Of a stretch of 64,000 nucleotides of DNA, positions 28,154 to 37,137 are shown one piece after another; within the stretch, counting starts at the first letter, position 1, and the number at the start of each line of letters is the position of its first letter. The position numbers and the translations under genes were made by a program. The DNA lies in the NCBI GenBank assembly GCA_963771275.1, contig CAVYSW010000009.1, positions 224,001-288,000 on the forward strand, in the 5' to 3' direction. This DNA comes from an uncultured Gemmatimonadales bacterium. Its GTDB lineage: Bacteria; Gemmatimonadota; Gemmatimonadetes; Gemmatimonadales; GWC2-71-9. The notes beneath the pieces were generated by a model. That model saw only the letters and a program-made list of their open reading frames with translations. It was not told the DNA's origin and searched no databases.

Positions 28154-29872
28154 ATGTCAGCAACCCTGACCGTCACCTGCGTGGTGCCCGACGCGCTGGA
28201 TCGCCTCCGCCACCTCGCCACGACCGCCGGTGCGCCCGACATCGCGGCCGAGGCGCGGGAGCTCGCCGAGCGCGCCGCCGCCGGCCGCTTCTACGTGGTC
28301 TGCATCGGGCAGTTCAAGCGCGGGAAATCCACCCTGATCAACACGCTGCTGGATGACGATCTGCTCCCGACCGGCGTGCCGCCGGTCACCTCGGTGCCGA
28401 CGATCGTGCGGGCCGGCGAGCGCAGCGCCCGCGTGCGGACCGCTGAGGGCTGGCAACCCGTCCCGATCGAGGAGCTGGGGCGCTACGTGTCGGAGGACGG
28501 CAACCCCGGCAATGTGCAGCGGGTGCTCGCCGTCGAGGTGTTCTCGTCGAGCCCCCTCCTCGCCGGCGGCCTGTGCCTGGTGGATACGCCCGGCCTGGGC
28601 TCGGTCATCGAAGCCAATTCGGCGGCGACCCGCGAGTTCCTCCCGCACGTGGACGCGGCCATCGCGGTGCTCGGCGTCGATCCGCCGGTCTCGGCGGAGG
28701 AGATGGCGTTCCTCGCGGAAACCGCCCGGCAGGCGGACACCATCGTGTTCGTGCTGAACAAGGCCGATCACCTGCCCCCCGGCGAGCGGGCGGCCGCCGT
28801 CGCGTTCACGGAGCGCGTGCTCACCGAGCGGCTCGGACGGCCCCCGGATCGGCTCTACCAGGTGAGCGCGCTTCCCAGCAAGCGGACACCGGAGAGCGAC
28901 GCCGAGTGGGCCGCGCTGGTGGAGCGGCTCCGTGGCCTGCCGGACGCGGCGGGCGATCGCCTGCTGGACGCCGCCGCGCGCCGCGGGGTAGCCCGCCTTG
29001 GCGGCCGCCTGCGCTGGGCACTCGACGAAGAGCGGCGGGCGCTGCTCGCGCCGGTCCAGGAGGCCGAGACCCGCGCCGCCACGTTGCGTGACCTCGCGGC
29101 CGACGCCGACCGCGCGCTCGGCGACCTCGGCCCGTTGCTCGCCGCGGAGCACCAGCGTCTGGGCCGCGCCTTCGTCACCGCCCGCGAGGACTTCCTTGCG
29201 CGGGCTCGTCCGGCCGCGCGCCAGGACCTGGATCGACGGCTCCCGGCGGCCGCCGATCGGAGGCCGCCAAGTCGCGCGGTCGCCCTGGACCTCGCATGTC
29301 AGACGGCCCGCGAGCACCTCGAACCCTGGCTCCGGGAGGCGGAACAGCAGGCGTTGCGCGCGTACGTCACGGCGACGGCCCGCTTCACGAGCATCGCGCA
29401 CGCGTTGCTCAAGCAGCTGACGGCGGCGGCCGGCGTCACGCCGGACGGCTGGAGTGCGGACGACCTCGTGCCCGCGGGCCTCTCCGCCCCGCCGCGGTTC
29501 TACTTCGCGGGGCGCATGGCCTACCACTACCCGAGCGCCCCATGGGCGGCGTGGCTCACCGACCGGCTCACGCCGCGGGGCCCGCGCGGGCGCCGGGTCC
29601 GCGCGGCCGCCGGGGCGTACCTCGAGGATCTGCTGAGCGTCAACGCGGAACGGGTCAAGAACGACCTGGATCAGCGCGTCCTGGAAAGCCGGCGGCAGTT
29701 CGAGTTCCGATTCCGCCGCGTGCTCGGCACGATCGTCCGTTTGGCGTCCGAGTCGCTCGAGCGTGCCCGGACGCATGGCGAAGGGCTCCCGCATGAACGT
29801 CCGCAGGAGCCATCAGCCGGCCCGGACGCCGGCGGTTTTCGGTGGGCCCCATCACCTTCGGCGGGATTCTAA
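28154..29872 (+). CDS. Dynamin-family GTPase (C-terminus runs into riboswitch 2)
   Basis: G1 GQFKRGKS, G2 PVT, G3 DTPG, G4 NKAD, helical C-terminal half; SD AGGAG at 28142. Confidence 0.88.
   Translation: MSATLTVTCVVPDALDRLRHLATTAGAPDIAAEARELAERAAAGRFYVVCIGQFKRGKSTLINTLLDDDLLPTGVPPVTSVPTIVRAGERSARVRTAEGWQPVPIEELGRYVSEDGNPGNVQRVLAVEVFSSSPLLAGGLCLVDTPGLGSVIEANSAATREFLPHVDAAIAVLGVDPPVSAEEMAFLAETARQADTIVFVLNKADHLPPGERAAAVAFTERVLTERLGRPPDRLYQVSALPSKRTPESDAEWAALVERLRGLPDAAGDRLLDAAARRGVARLGGRLRWALDEERRALLAPVQEAETRAATLRDLAADADRALGDLGPLLAAEHQRLGRAFVTAREDFLARARPAARQDLDRRLPAAADRRPPSRAVALDLACQTAREHLEPWLREAEQQALRAYVTATARFTSIAHALLKQLTAAAGVTPDGWSADDLVPAGLSAPPRFYFAGRMAYHYPSAPWAAWLTDRLTPRGPRGRRVRAAAGAYLEDLLSVNAERVKNDLDQRVLESRRQFEFRFRRVLGTIVRLASESLERARTHGEGLPHERPQEPSAGPDAGGFRWAPSPSAGF
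29783..29856 (-). ncRNA. Fluoride riboswitch 2 (antisense to the dynamin gene)
   Basis: Minus strand GGTGATGGGGCCCACC-GAAAACC-GCCGGC..GCCGGC-TGATGGCTCCTGC; GGCTCCTGC can pair with GCGGGAGCC (SD) ahead of ATG 29776. Confidence 0.85.
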
Positions 29873-29894
29873 GCCAGCCCGTTCGGGCGGTCAA
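29866..29894 (-). promoter_or_regulatory. Sigma70 promoter for riboswitch 2
   Basis: TTGACC-17 nt-TAGAAT. Confidence 0.8.
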
Positions 29895-29916
29895 TCGCCG
29901 GGCGATGGCGGGAGAT

Positions 29917-29940
29917 CGTGCAGCGTGCGGCGTGCAGCGT
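29917..29940. repeat. CGTGCAG heptamer tract
   Basis: CGTGCAG-CGTGCGG-CGTGCAG-CGT just past the DUF456 stop. Confidence 0.6.
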
Positions 29941-29947
29941 CGGGGGC

Positions 29948-30454
29948 TCAGAGGCGCAGCATTGCCACCACGCCCAGCACGGCGATGACCAGGCCGAGGG
30001 CGACCTTCGCCGCCGCGCCGACCGCCCGCCCAAGCACGGCGCCCCATCCCGCGCTCACCGCCGCGCCGCCGGCCCGTGCAACCGTGTACTCGCCCAGCGT
30101 GGCACCGGCAAACGAGCCGGCGAACGCGCCGATCACGCTGCCGACGATCGGCACCGGCACGCCGACCACCGCACCGACGATCCCGCCCACCAGCGCGCCC
30201 CAGCCCGCGCGCCGCGATCCCCCGTAGCGCCGCGCGTACCGGAAGCCCGCCCACGCCTCGATGATCTCGCCGGCCATGGCCAGCCCGACGACGAGCGCGA
30301 TCGTGGCGATGCCCACCGACGCGAAGCCGGTGAGCCAGCCGAAGCCGATCACCCCCAGCACCATCAGCCACAGGCCCGGCAGGCCAAGCGGCACGAGGGC
30401 GAGGCCGACGGCGAGGACGGCGCCGAGCAGCAGCCCGGCAAGCAGCGCGGACAT
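29948..30454 (-). CDS. DUF456 family membrane protein
   Basis: LGLPGLW, A.RYGGSRRA.WGA.VGG.VG, G.FAGA.LGE. Confidence 0.85.
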   Translation of the reverse strand: MSALLAGLLLGAVLAVGLALVPLGLPGLWLMVLGVIGFGWLTGFASVGIATIALVVGLAMAGEIIEAWAGFRYARRYGGSRRAGWGALVGGIVGAVVGVPVPIVGSVIGAFAGSFAGATLGEYTVARAGGAAVSAGWGAVLGRAVGAAAKVALGLVIAVLGVVAMLRL

Positions 30455-30491
30455 GTGCGGCGATCAGCTCGTCAAGTGTACCTTCGGCGGG

Positions 30492-30520
30492 ATTCTATCG
30501 GCGCCCGCTCAGGTGGTCAA
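30492..30520 (-). promoter_or_regulatory. Sigma70 promoter (paralogous to the 29.87-kb copy)
   Basis: TTGACC-17 nt-TAGAAT; 18-nt block 30480-30497 identical to 29854-29871. Confidence 0.8.
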
Positions 30521-30632
30521 TCGCTGGCAGAGTCGGTGCCGGCGCGTAGCTTAGAGGTGTCCGCCACCCCCCGGCCGCGCTGCGGCGTCCTGGGGCGTAC
30601 GGATGGACCAGGCAACCGGGGGTAGCGCCACC

Positions 30633-33600
30633 ATGAGCGACGCCATCGAGCGCCTGAACACCGCCTGCGCCGGCCACTACCGGGTCGAGCGCGAGCTGGG
30701 CCGCGGCGGCATGGCCGCCGTCTATCTCGCCGAGGATCTCAAGCACCATCGTCACGTCGCCATCAAGGTCGTGAAGCCCGAGCTCGCGGCTGTGCTCGGG
30801 CCCGACCGGTTCCTGCGGGAGATCGAGATCTCGGCTCGGCTGGATCACCCGCACATCCTGCCGCTGTACGACTCGGGCGAGGCGAACGGGCTGCTCTACT
30901 ACGTGATGCCGTACGTGGAGGGCGAGTCGCTGCGTGACCGCCTCGCGCGCGAGAAGCAGCTCCCCGTCGATGACGCGCTCCAGATCGCCCGCGAAGTGGC
31001 GGACGCGCTGTCGTATGCGCACAGCCACGACGTCGTGCATCGCGACATCAAGCCCGAGAACATCCTGCTGGCCGGGGGGCACGCCCGGGTGGCGGACTTC
31101 GGTATCGCCCGCGCCATCACCGAGGCGGGGGGGCAGCGCCTCACGCAGACGGGTCTCGCGATCGGCACGCCGGCCTACATGAGCCCCGAGCAGGCCGCGG
31201 GGAGCCGGGACCTGGACGGCCGCAGCGATCTCTACAGCCTGGGGTGCGTGCTGTACGAGATGCTCGCCGGCGAGCCGCCGTTCACCGGCCCGGCGGACAC
31301 GCTGGTGCATCAGCATCTCACCGTGCAACCGACCCCGATCACGTCGCTCCGGCCGGCCGTGCCGCCGGCTGTCTGCGCGGCGCTGATGCGGGCGCTCGCC
31401 AAGACGCCAGCAGACCGGTTCAGCCCCGCAGCGCAGTTTGCGGAGGCGTTGCGCACGTCCGGGACGCCGGCTCCGCTGCCCAGTGTCGCGCAACCGTCCG
31501 AGACGCTGGGCGCCGACCCGCTGCGCGTGGCGGGCGTCGTTGCCGTCGCCGCCGTCGCGCTGCTCGCCGCGGCGTCGTTCCTCGTGAGCCGGCTCGGGCT
31601 GCCGCGCTGGGTGCTGATCGTAACGATCGTCATCGTCGCCGTGGCACTCCCCACCGGCGTGGTCACGAGCCTCGCAGAGCGATGGCGGGCGCGCGGGACG
31701 GCACCGCGGAGCGGGCTCGGCCTCTTCACCTGGCGGCGCACCGCGGTCGCTGGCGGCACCGCGCTCACCGTCCTCGCCCTCACCACGGCGGGGTACGTCG
31801 CGTCCCGCGCCCTCGGCATCGGTCCGGCGGCGACCCTCCTCAGCACCGGAGCGATCAGCGAGCGCGAGCCCCTCATCCTCGCCGACTTCGCGAACCGGAC
31901 CGCCGACTCGACGCACGGGGCCACAGCAACCGAGCTGATGCGGATCGGGCTCTCCCAGTCACCGACCGTCTCAATCCTCGACCCGGTTCAGGTGAGCCAG
32001 ATCCTCCGCCGGATGCAGCGGGATCCGGCCAGAGGCGTGCCCCAGGCGGTCGCGCTCGAGGCGGCCGAGCGCGAGGGCATCAAGGGCGTAGTCGCCGGAG
32101 AGATCGCGTCAGTGGGAACCGGCTACACGATCTCGGCGCGCCTGATCACAGTGGACGGCACCGTGCTGGCGACACAGCAGGAGCTGGCCCGGAACGAGGA
32201 CGGGATCATCATGGCGGTGGACCGGCTGTCGCAGAACCTGCGGGAGCGCTTCGGGGAAGGCCTCCGGAGCATCCGCCGGTCCGAGCCGCTGGACCGAGCC
32301 ACCACGGCCTCGCTTTCGGCGCTGCGCCTCCTCTCCCAGGGGTTCCGGGCGTCGAATCAGGGAGACGATCCGCGGGCCATGCAGTTTCTCGAGGAGGCGA
32401 TCGCGCTTGACAGCACGTTCGCGATGGCGTGGCGCAAGCTGGCGATCATCCTCGGGAACGTCGGTGAGCGCCGCTCCCGCGCCGTCGAGGCGGCTACACG
32501 GGCGTACGACTATCGGGACCGGCTCACCGAGCGGGAGCGGTACCTCGTGATCGCCGCGTACCACTCGGTCGTCACCGGCGACCGGGACCAGCAGATCAGC
32601 GCGTACCAGACGGTGCTCGACCTCTACCCCACGGACATCATCGCGCTCAACAACCTCGGGACGATCTACTCCGCCCTGCGCGACCACACGAAGGCCGCCG
32701 ATTACTACCGGCGCGCCCTCGTGGTGGACTCCACCACGCGTCTCCACTACTCCAACCTCGCCGGCGCACTGGGGCAGATGGGGCGGTTCGATTCCGCCAC
32801 CGCAGTGATCGAGGGATTCGCGCGGCGGTTCCCCGGCAACCCGGAAGTGGCGATCTCGCGCATCCTTCAGGCCGCGCAGCGGAAGGACTACGACGCCGCG
32901 GAACGGCTCGGCTGGGGCTTGATGGCGGAGCAGCGCGGGCGCGTCTTCTGGGAAGCCACCGCGTACGAGTGGATGGGGGCGCTGGATGCCATGCGCGGCA
33001 GAATGGCGTCGGCCGAGCGGGCGTGGGCTCGTGCACTGACGCTGACCGGCGAACGGGGTCTGGGCGGCGTCTTCCTGGCGCGCGCCGCGCGTAGCGCCGT
33101 GACCGAGCGGCTGCTGCGGGACGACCCGGCCCGCGCGCGGCGGATGCTGGACGACGCGCTGGCACGCTACCCGCTCGAGCGGTTGCTCCCGCTCGACCGG
33201 GCCTACACGGCGTTGGCGGCAGCCTACGCCGCCGCCGACGATCCCCGCCGCGCCCGCAGTTTGCTGGCCGAATACGACGCCGCGCCCGACGCCGATCACG
33301 GTCGCGACATGGAACGCACCAGGGACGGCGCGGCGGGGCTCGTGGCGCTGGCCGACGGCCGCCTGGAGGACGCGATCGTCGCCTTCCGCCGGTACGACGA
33401 CGGCAACGCCTGCGAGACGTGCGCCACCGCCTGGCTGGCGCGGGTGTACGACCGCATGGGCAACACGGACTCGGCGCGCGTGCTGTACGAGCGCCTCGTC
33501 ACGACGCCTTCAGACGCCGTGTTCGAGGACGCGGGGCACCTCGGGTACGGGTACTTGCGGCTGGGAGAGCTGTACGAGCAGCAGGGTGACCGCCGCCGGG

Positions 33601-33725
33601 CAGCGGAGAACTACGGGCGGCTCGTCAGTCTGTGGGACAGAGCCGACCCGGAGATGCAGGCGTGGGTGCGGCAGGCCCACGCGGCGTTGGCCCGCCTGGC
33701 CGGGGACCGGCCCGGGACGCCGTGA
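30633..33725 (+). CDS. Membrane Ser/Thr kinase with TPR-rich C-terminal domain
   Basis: LGRGGMA, HRDIKPEN, DFG, YMSPE, TM helices, TPR repeats. Confidence 0.92.
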   Translation: MSDAIERLNTACAGHYRVERELGRGGMAAVYLAEDLKHHRHVAIKVVKPELAAVLGPDRFLREIEISARLDHPHILPLYDSGEANGLLYYVMPYVEGESLRDRLAREKQLPVDDALQIAREVADALSYAHSHDVVHRDIKPENILLAGGHARVADFGIARAITEAGGQRLTQTGLAIGTPAYMSPEQAAGSRDLDGRSDLYSLGCVLYEMLAGEPPFTGPADTLVHQHLTVQPTPITSLRPAVPPAVCAALMRALAKTPADRFSPAAQFAEALRTSGTPAPLPSVAQPSETLGADPLRVAGVVAVAAVALLAAASFLVSRLGLPRWVLIVTIVIVAVALPTGVVTSLAERWRARGTAPRSGLGLFTWRRTAVAGGTALTVLALTTAGYVASRALGIGPAATLLSTGAISEREPLILADFANRTADSTHGATATELMRIGLSQSPTVSILDPVQVSQILRRMQRDPARGVPQAVALEAAEREGIKGVVAGEIASVGTGYTISARLITVDGTVLATQQELARNEDGIIMAVDRLSQNLRERFGEGLRSIRRSEPLDRATTASLSALRLLSQGFRASNQGDDPRAMQFLEEAIALDSTFAMAWRKLAIILGNVGERRSRAVEAATRAYDYRDRLTERERYLVIAAYHSVVTGDRDQQISAYQTVLDLYPTDIIALNNLGTIYSALRDHTKAADYYRRALVVDSTTRLHYSNLAGALGQMGRFDSATAVIEGFARRFPGNPEVAISRILQAAQRKDYDAAERLGWGLMAEQRGRVFWEATAYEWMGALDAMRGRMASAERAWARALTLTGERGLGGVFLARAARSAVTERLLRDDPARARRMLDDALARYPLERLLPLDRAYTALAAAYAAADDPRRARSLLAEYDAAPDADHGRDMERTRDGAAGLVALADGRLEDAIVAFRRYDDGNACETCATAWLARVYDRMGNTDSARVLYERLVTTPSDAVFEDAGHLGYGYLRLGELYEQQGDRRRAAENYGRLVSLWDRADPEMQAWVRQAHAALARLAGDRPGTP

Positions 33726-33733
33726 GGCCGCAG

Positions 33734-33765
33734 CCGGGAGCCGGCGGGCTACGTCCGGCTCCCGG
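33734..33765. terminator. GC-rich hairpin between convergent genes
   Basis: CCGGGAGCCGG / CCGGCTCCCGG 11-bp stem; no U tract. Confidence 0.45.
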
Positions 33766-33779
33766 GCCACGCGGCATCT

Positions 33780-34415
33780 TCAGGCCGTCTGCGCTTGCAG
33801 CTTGAACACCCCCGCCGCGAGCGCACCGCCCGCGAGGGGTCCCACCAGGTAGAGCCACGCATCCGCCAGCGATCCGCCGCCCAGCGCCACGTTGACCAGG
33901 ATCGGGCCGACGCCCACGGCCGGGTTGAACGCGCCGCCCGAGATCGGCCCGCCGGCGAAGGCGGCGACCACGATCGTGAAGCCGATGGCGAGCCCGTAGT
34001 ACGAGTTGCCCGCCGTCTTCTCCGATGTGGCGGTCTGCAGCACGACCAGGACCAGCGCGAACGTGAACAGCGCCTCGGCGAGGAACGCCCCCAGCGTCGT
34101 GCTGCCGAGTCCCGGCTCGGGCGCGAATGCGTGCCCGGCGATCACGTTGACGACGAGGGCAGCGACGATGGCGCCGGCCAGCTGGGTCACGAAGTACGCG
34201 CCGAAGTCCTTCGCGGTGAGCTTGCCGCGGAGCCACACGCCGAGCGAGACGGCGGGGTTGTAGTGACCGCCCGAGATGTGCCCGCCCATGTACACCATGA
34301 TCATGAGCGACGAGCCGATCGCGAGGGGGGCGAACTCCGTGCCACTGACTACCGTGAGCCCGACGGTGAGGACGAGGAAGAACGTGCCGATGAACTCGGT
34401 GAGCAGCTTCGCCAT
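33780..34415 (-). CDS. Aquaporin (MIP family)
   Basis: TEFIGTF, SGGHYNPAV, EALFTF, SGGAFNPAV. Confidence 0.92.
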   Translation of the reverse strand: MAKLLTEFIGTFFLVLTVGLTVVSGTEFAPLAIGSSLMIMVYMGGHISGGHYNPAVSLGVWLRGKLTAKDFGAYFVTQLAGAIVAALVVNVIAGHAFAPEPGLGSTTLGAFLAEALFTFALVLVVLQTATSEKTAGNSYYGLAIGFTIVVAAFAGGPISGGAFNPAVGVGPILVNVALGGGSLADAWLYLVGPLAGGALAAGVFKLQAQTA

Positions 34416-34444
34416 GGAATGATCTCCGTTTGAGTCCAGACAAC

Positions 34445-34825
34445 CTACGCGTCGATCTCCCAGTCCGCGGCGCGCGCCCCGGGAGGCAGCTCCGGCCGGT
34501 ACATGATGACGCGCGCCCGTTCGAGCGTGATGAGGCCGCCGCCGATCATCTCGTCCAGCAGCGGCAGGATCTCCTGGATCTTCTCCTCCGTCTCCACGCA
34601 CTCCACCACGATCGGCAGGTCGAGCGACAGCAGCTCGATGCGGTCGGTCCGCAGCCGGGCGCTGGCCCCGAAACCGAGAATCGCGCGGAACACCGTCGCG
34701 CCCGCGAAGTGCCGCTCGCGCAGCAGGTCCACGATCGCCTGGTAGAGCGGTTTCCCCTGGTACTTGTCGCGCTCGCCGAGGTGGATCCGCATCAGGGTCC
34801 GCTCGCCCTTGAATCCGTGCATCAT
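34445..34825 (-). CDS. DUF190 (PII-like) protein
   Basis: GE.D.Y.GKPLY, GATVFR...GFG, LSLDLP; the usual crcB neighbour. Confidence 0.88.
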   Translation of the reverse strand: MMHGFKGERTLMRIHLGERDKYQGKPLYQAIVDLLRERHFAGATVFRAILGFGASARLRTDRIELLSLDLPIVVECVETEEKIQEILPLLDEMIGGGLITLERARVIMYRPELPPGARAADWEIDA

Positions 34826-34837
34826 TTGCCCCCTCCC

Positions 34838-35215
34838 TCAGGCCGCCAGCAGGCGGCGCGCGGCGTCGAAGCCGGCGAGCATGGCGGCGAGCGACAGCAG
34901 GACGCTCGCCAGGACGTAGATGGCGACCCGGCGATAATCCCCGTCCTGCAGCAGGGTCGCGGTCTCGTAGCTGAACGTGGAGAACGTGGTGTAGCCGGCG
35001 CAAAACCCGGTGGTGAGCAGCGCCCGCAGCTCGGGCGAGATCGCCGGCGTCGCCAAGGCGTACCGCATCAGGAACCCGAGGAGCAGCGACCCGGTGACAT
35101 TGACCACCAGCGTGCCGACCGGGAAGTCCACGGCGGCCCGCTGCTGGATGAACGTGCCGAGCAGGTAGCGGGTCGCGCCACCCAGCGCACTGCCCACCGC
35201 GACGTACCAGATCAT
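34838..35215 (-). CDS. crcB: Fluoride channel Fluc/CrcB
   Basis: GGATRY, FPVGTLVVN, GFCAGYTTFSTFS.E; ATG 35215. Confidence 0.93.
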   Translation of the reverse strand: MIWYVAVGSALGGATRYLLGTFIQQRAAVDFPVGTLVVNVTGSLLLGFLMRYALATPAISPELRALLTTGFCAGYTTFSTFSYETATLLQDGDYRRVAIYVLASVLLSLAAMLAGFDAARRLLAA

Positions 35216-35261
35216 CGAGCTGCCCTCCGCACGGCACCGTCCCTGAGTCAAGGTGTCGGAC

Positions 35262-35290
35262 GGAATAGCACCCACCTGCGTCCCGGTCAA
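35262..35290 (-). promoter_or_regulatory. Candidate sigma70 promoter of crcB operon
   Basis: TTGACC-17 nt-TATTCC. Confidence 0.5.
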
Positions 35291-35310
35291 GGGACGCTCG
35301 TGGTTGCACG

Positions 35311-37137
35311 ATGGGGCCTGCCTGCCGAATATCCGGTGTGCCCGAGCCAGCCCGGTCCACCTCGGAACTGCTCCTCACCCGACCGGCGCGTGCGCTGCAG
35401 GAATCCGCCCGCGCCGTCTCCGGCACCCTGACCGCGATGGGGAGCGACGAGCACACCCAGCTCCTCGTCCTGGCGGTGGTGATCGGCACGGCGTCCGGCG
35501 CCGCCGTCATCGTCTTCTACAAGGCGATCGACCTGATTCAGGGCCTGGTGCTGCACAGCGCGCTGCGCATGCCGATCCCCGCCCCCCTGCTGATCCCGCT
35601 GTTCGTGGCGCTCGGCCTGATGGCCTGCCGCGCGCTCGTCCGCTGGGGCGCCAACGGCTCGCCCGGAGAGAACATCCCCGACGTGATGTACCGGGTGACG
35701 GTCAAGGGCGGGGTGATCCGCTCGATCCCCGTGCTGGTCAAGACCCTCGCGGCCGCGGTCGTGATCGGCACCGGCGGCTCGGTCGGGGCCGAGGGCCCGG
35801 TCGTCGTGCTCGGTGCCGCGGCGGGGTCGCGCATCGGCCGGTGGCTCCGCGCCTCGCCCAACCGCCTGCGGACCCTGGTGGGCTGCGGCGCCGCCGCCGG
35901 CATCTCCGCCGCGTTCAACGCGCCCATCGCGGGCGTGCTGTTCGGCATCGAGAAGATCCTCGGCGCGGCCGGCGGCATGGCACTGGGACCGTTCGTGGTC
36001 GCCTCCATCCTCGCCGCCACGGTCGGCCGCAGCGTGTTCGGCAACCACCCGGTGATGGCGCTCCCCACGGAGTTCGGCGTGGGCGCCCCCTGGGAGCTGC
36101 TGCTGTACGTCGGTCTCGGCGTGCTCACGGGCGTCGTGTCGGTGCTGTACTCGCGCAGCGTGTGGCGGGCCCAGGACCTGTTCGCCCGGCTGCGCGCGCG
36201 CTGGTTGCAGGTCGCGCTGGGCGCGGCGGTGATCGGAGGACTCGACATTGCGTTCCGGAGCGATCTGTGGGGCCAGGGCCACGAGAGCCTCGACATCGGC
36301 ATCGTGGCGACCCGCAGCGCGTTGTTCCTGCTCGCGCTGGCGGGCGCCAAGCTGGTGGCCACGGCCGCGACGTTCGGCGCGGGTGGCGCCGGCGGCGTGT
36401 TCACGCCCGCGCTGTTCATCGGCGCGACCCTGGGCGGCGCGTACGGCGTCGCGATGCACGGCGTGATCCCGAACGCCGACTTCGCGCCGGGCGCGCTCGC
36501 CCTAGTGGGGATGGCAGGCCTGGTGGCGGGATCCACCCATGCGCCACTCACCGCGATCATGATGGTGTTCGAGATGACCGGGGACTACGGCCTGATCCTC
36601 CCGCTGATGCTCACCAGCGTCCTCGCGTACGGCATCGCCCGCCGGCTCCATCCCGAGTCGATCTACACCGAATGGCTGGTGCGCCGCGGCGTGGTGCTGT
36701 CGAACGGCGCGGACGCCGCCGTGCTGGCGCGCCTCCCCGTGCAGGAGTGCATCAACCGGCAGCCGCTGGTGATTCCGGAAGCCGCCGACCTTCCGGCGAT
36801 CGTGCAGCGGATCGGCGAGAGCCGGCAGACCGACTTCCCGGTGGTGGACGACGGCGGCCGCCTCGTCGGCATGCTGTCCCACGCGACGGTCCGCGAGGCG
36901 ATGGAGGGCCGCGACCAGCTCGGCGGGATTCTGCTCGCGGCCGACCTCGCCCTTCCGGACGCGGAGCCCGTCACCGCGGAGGACACGCTGCTCACCGCGC
37001 TCCGCCGGCTCGGCAAGCGGGACGTCAACGTCTTGCCCGTGGTCGTGGCCGGCGACCGCGAGCGGCTCGACGGCACCGTGAGCCGGCAGGACCTGATGGC
37101 CGCGTACGAGCGGGCGCTGACCTCGGAGGGACATTGA
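35311..37137 (+). CDS. CLC-family anion transporter with CBS pair
   Basis: GGSVGAEGP, AAFNAP.AG, GGVFTP, SIY, C-terminal CBS domains; start may be GTG 35338. Confidence 0.92.
   Translation: MGPACRISGVPEPARSTSELLLTRPARALQESARAVSGTLTAMGSDEHTQLLVLAVVIGTASGAAVIVFYKAIDLIQGLVLHSALRMPIPAPLLIPLFVALGLMACRALVRWGANGSPGENIPDVMYRVTVKGGVIRSIPVLVKTLAAAVVIGTGGSVGAEGPVVVLGAAAGSRIGRWLRASPNRLRTLVGCGAAAGISAAFNAPIAGVLFGIEKILGAAGGMALGPFVVASILAATVGRSVFGNHPVMALPTEFGVGAPWELLLYVGLGVLTGVVSVLYSRSVWRAQDLFARLRARWLQVALGAAVIGGLDIAFRSDLWGQGHESLDIGIVATRSALFLLALAGAKLVATAATFGAGGAGGVFTPALFIGATLGGAYGVAMHGVIPNADFAPGALALVGMAGLVAGSTHAPLTAIMMVFEMTGDYGLILPLMLTSVLAYGIARRLHPESIYTEWLVRRGVVLSNGADAAVLARLPVQECINRQPLVIPEAADLPAIVQRIGESRQTDFPVVDDGGRLVGMLSHATVREAMEGRDQLGGILLAADLALPDAEPVTAEDTLLTALRRLGKRDVNVLPVVVAGDRERLDGTVSRQDLMAAYERALTSEGH

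Noticed and set aside
28157..29794. 545-aa antisense ORF as a bona fide protein
   Set aside because: Codon-aligned shadow of the dynamin gene with no recognisable domain; kept only as part of the riboswitch finding.
35306..35350. Third fluoride riboswitch before the CLC gene (GATGGGGCCTGCC)
   Set aside because: Lacks the P1 pairing and the downstream GCTGATG-pseudoknot strand.
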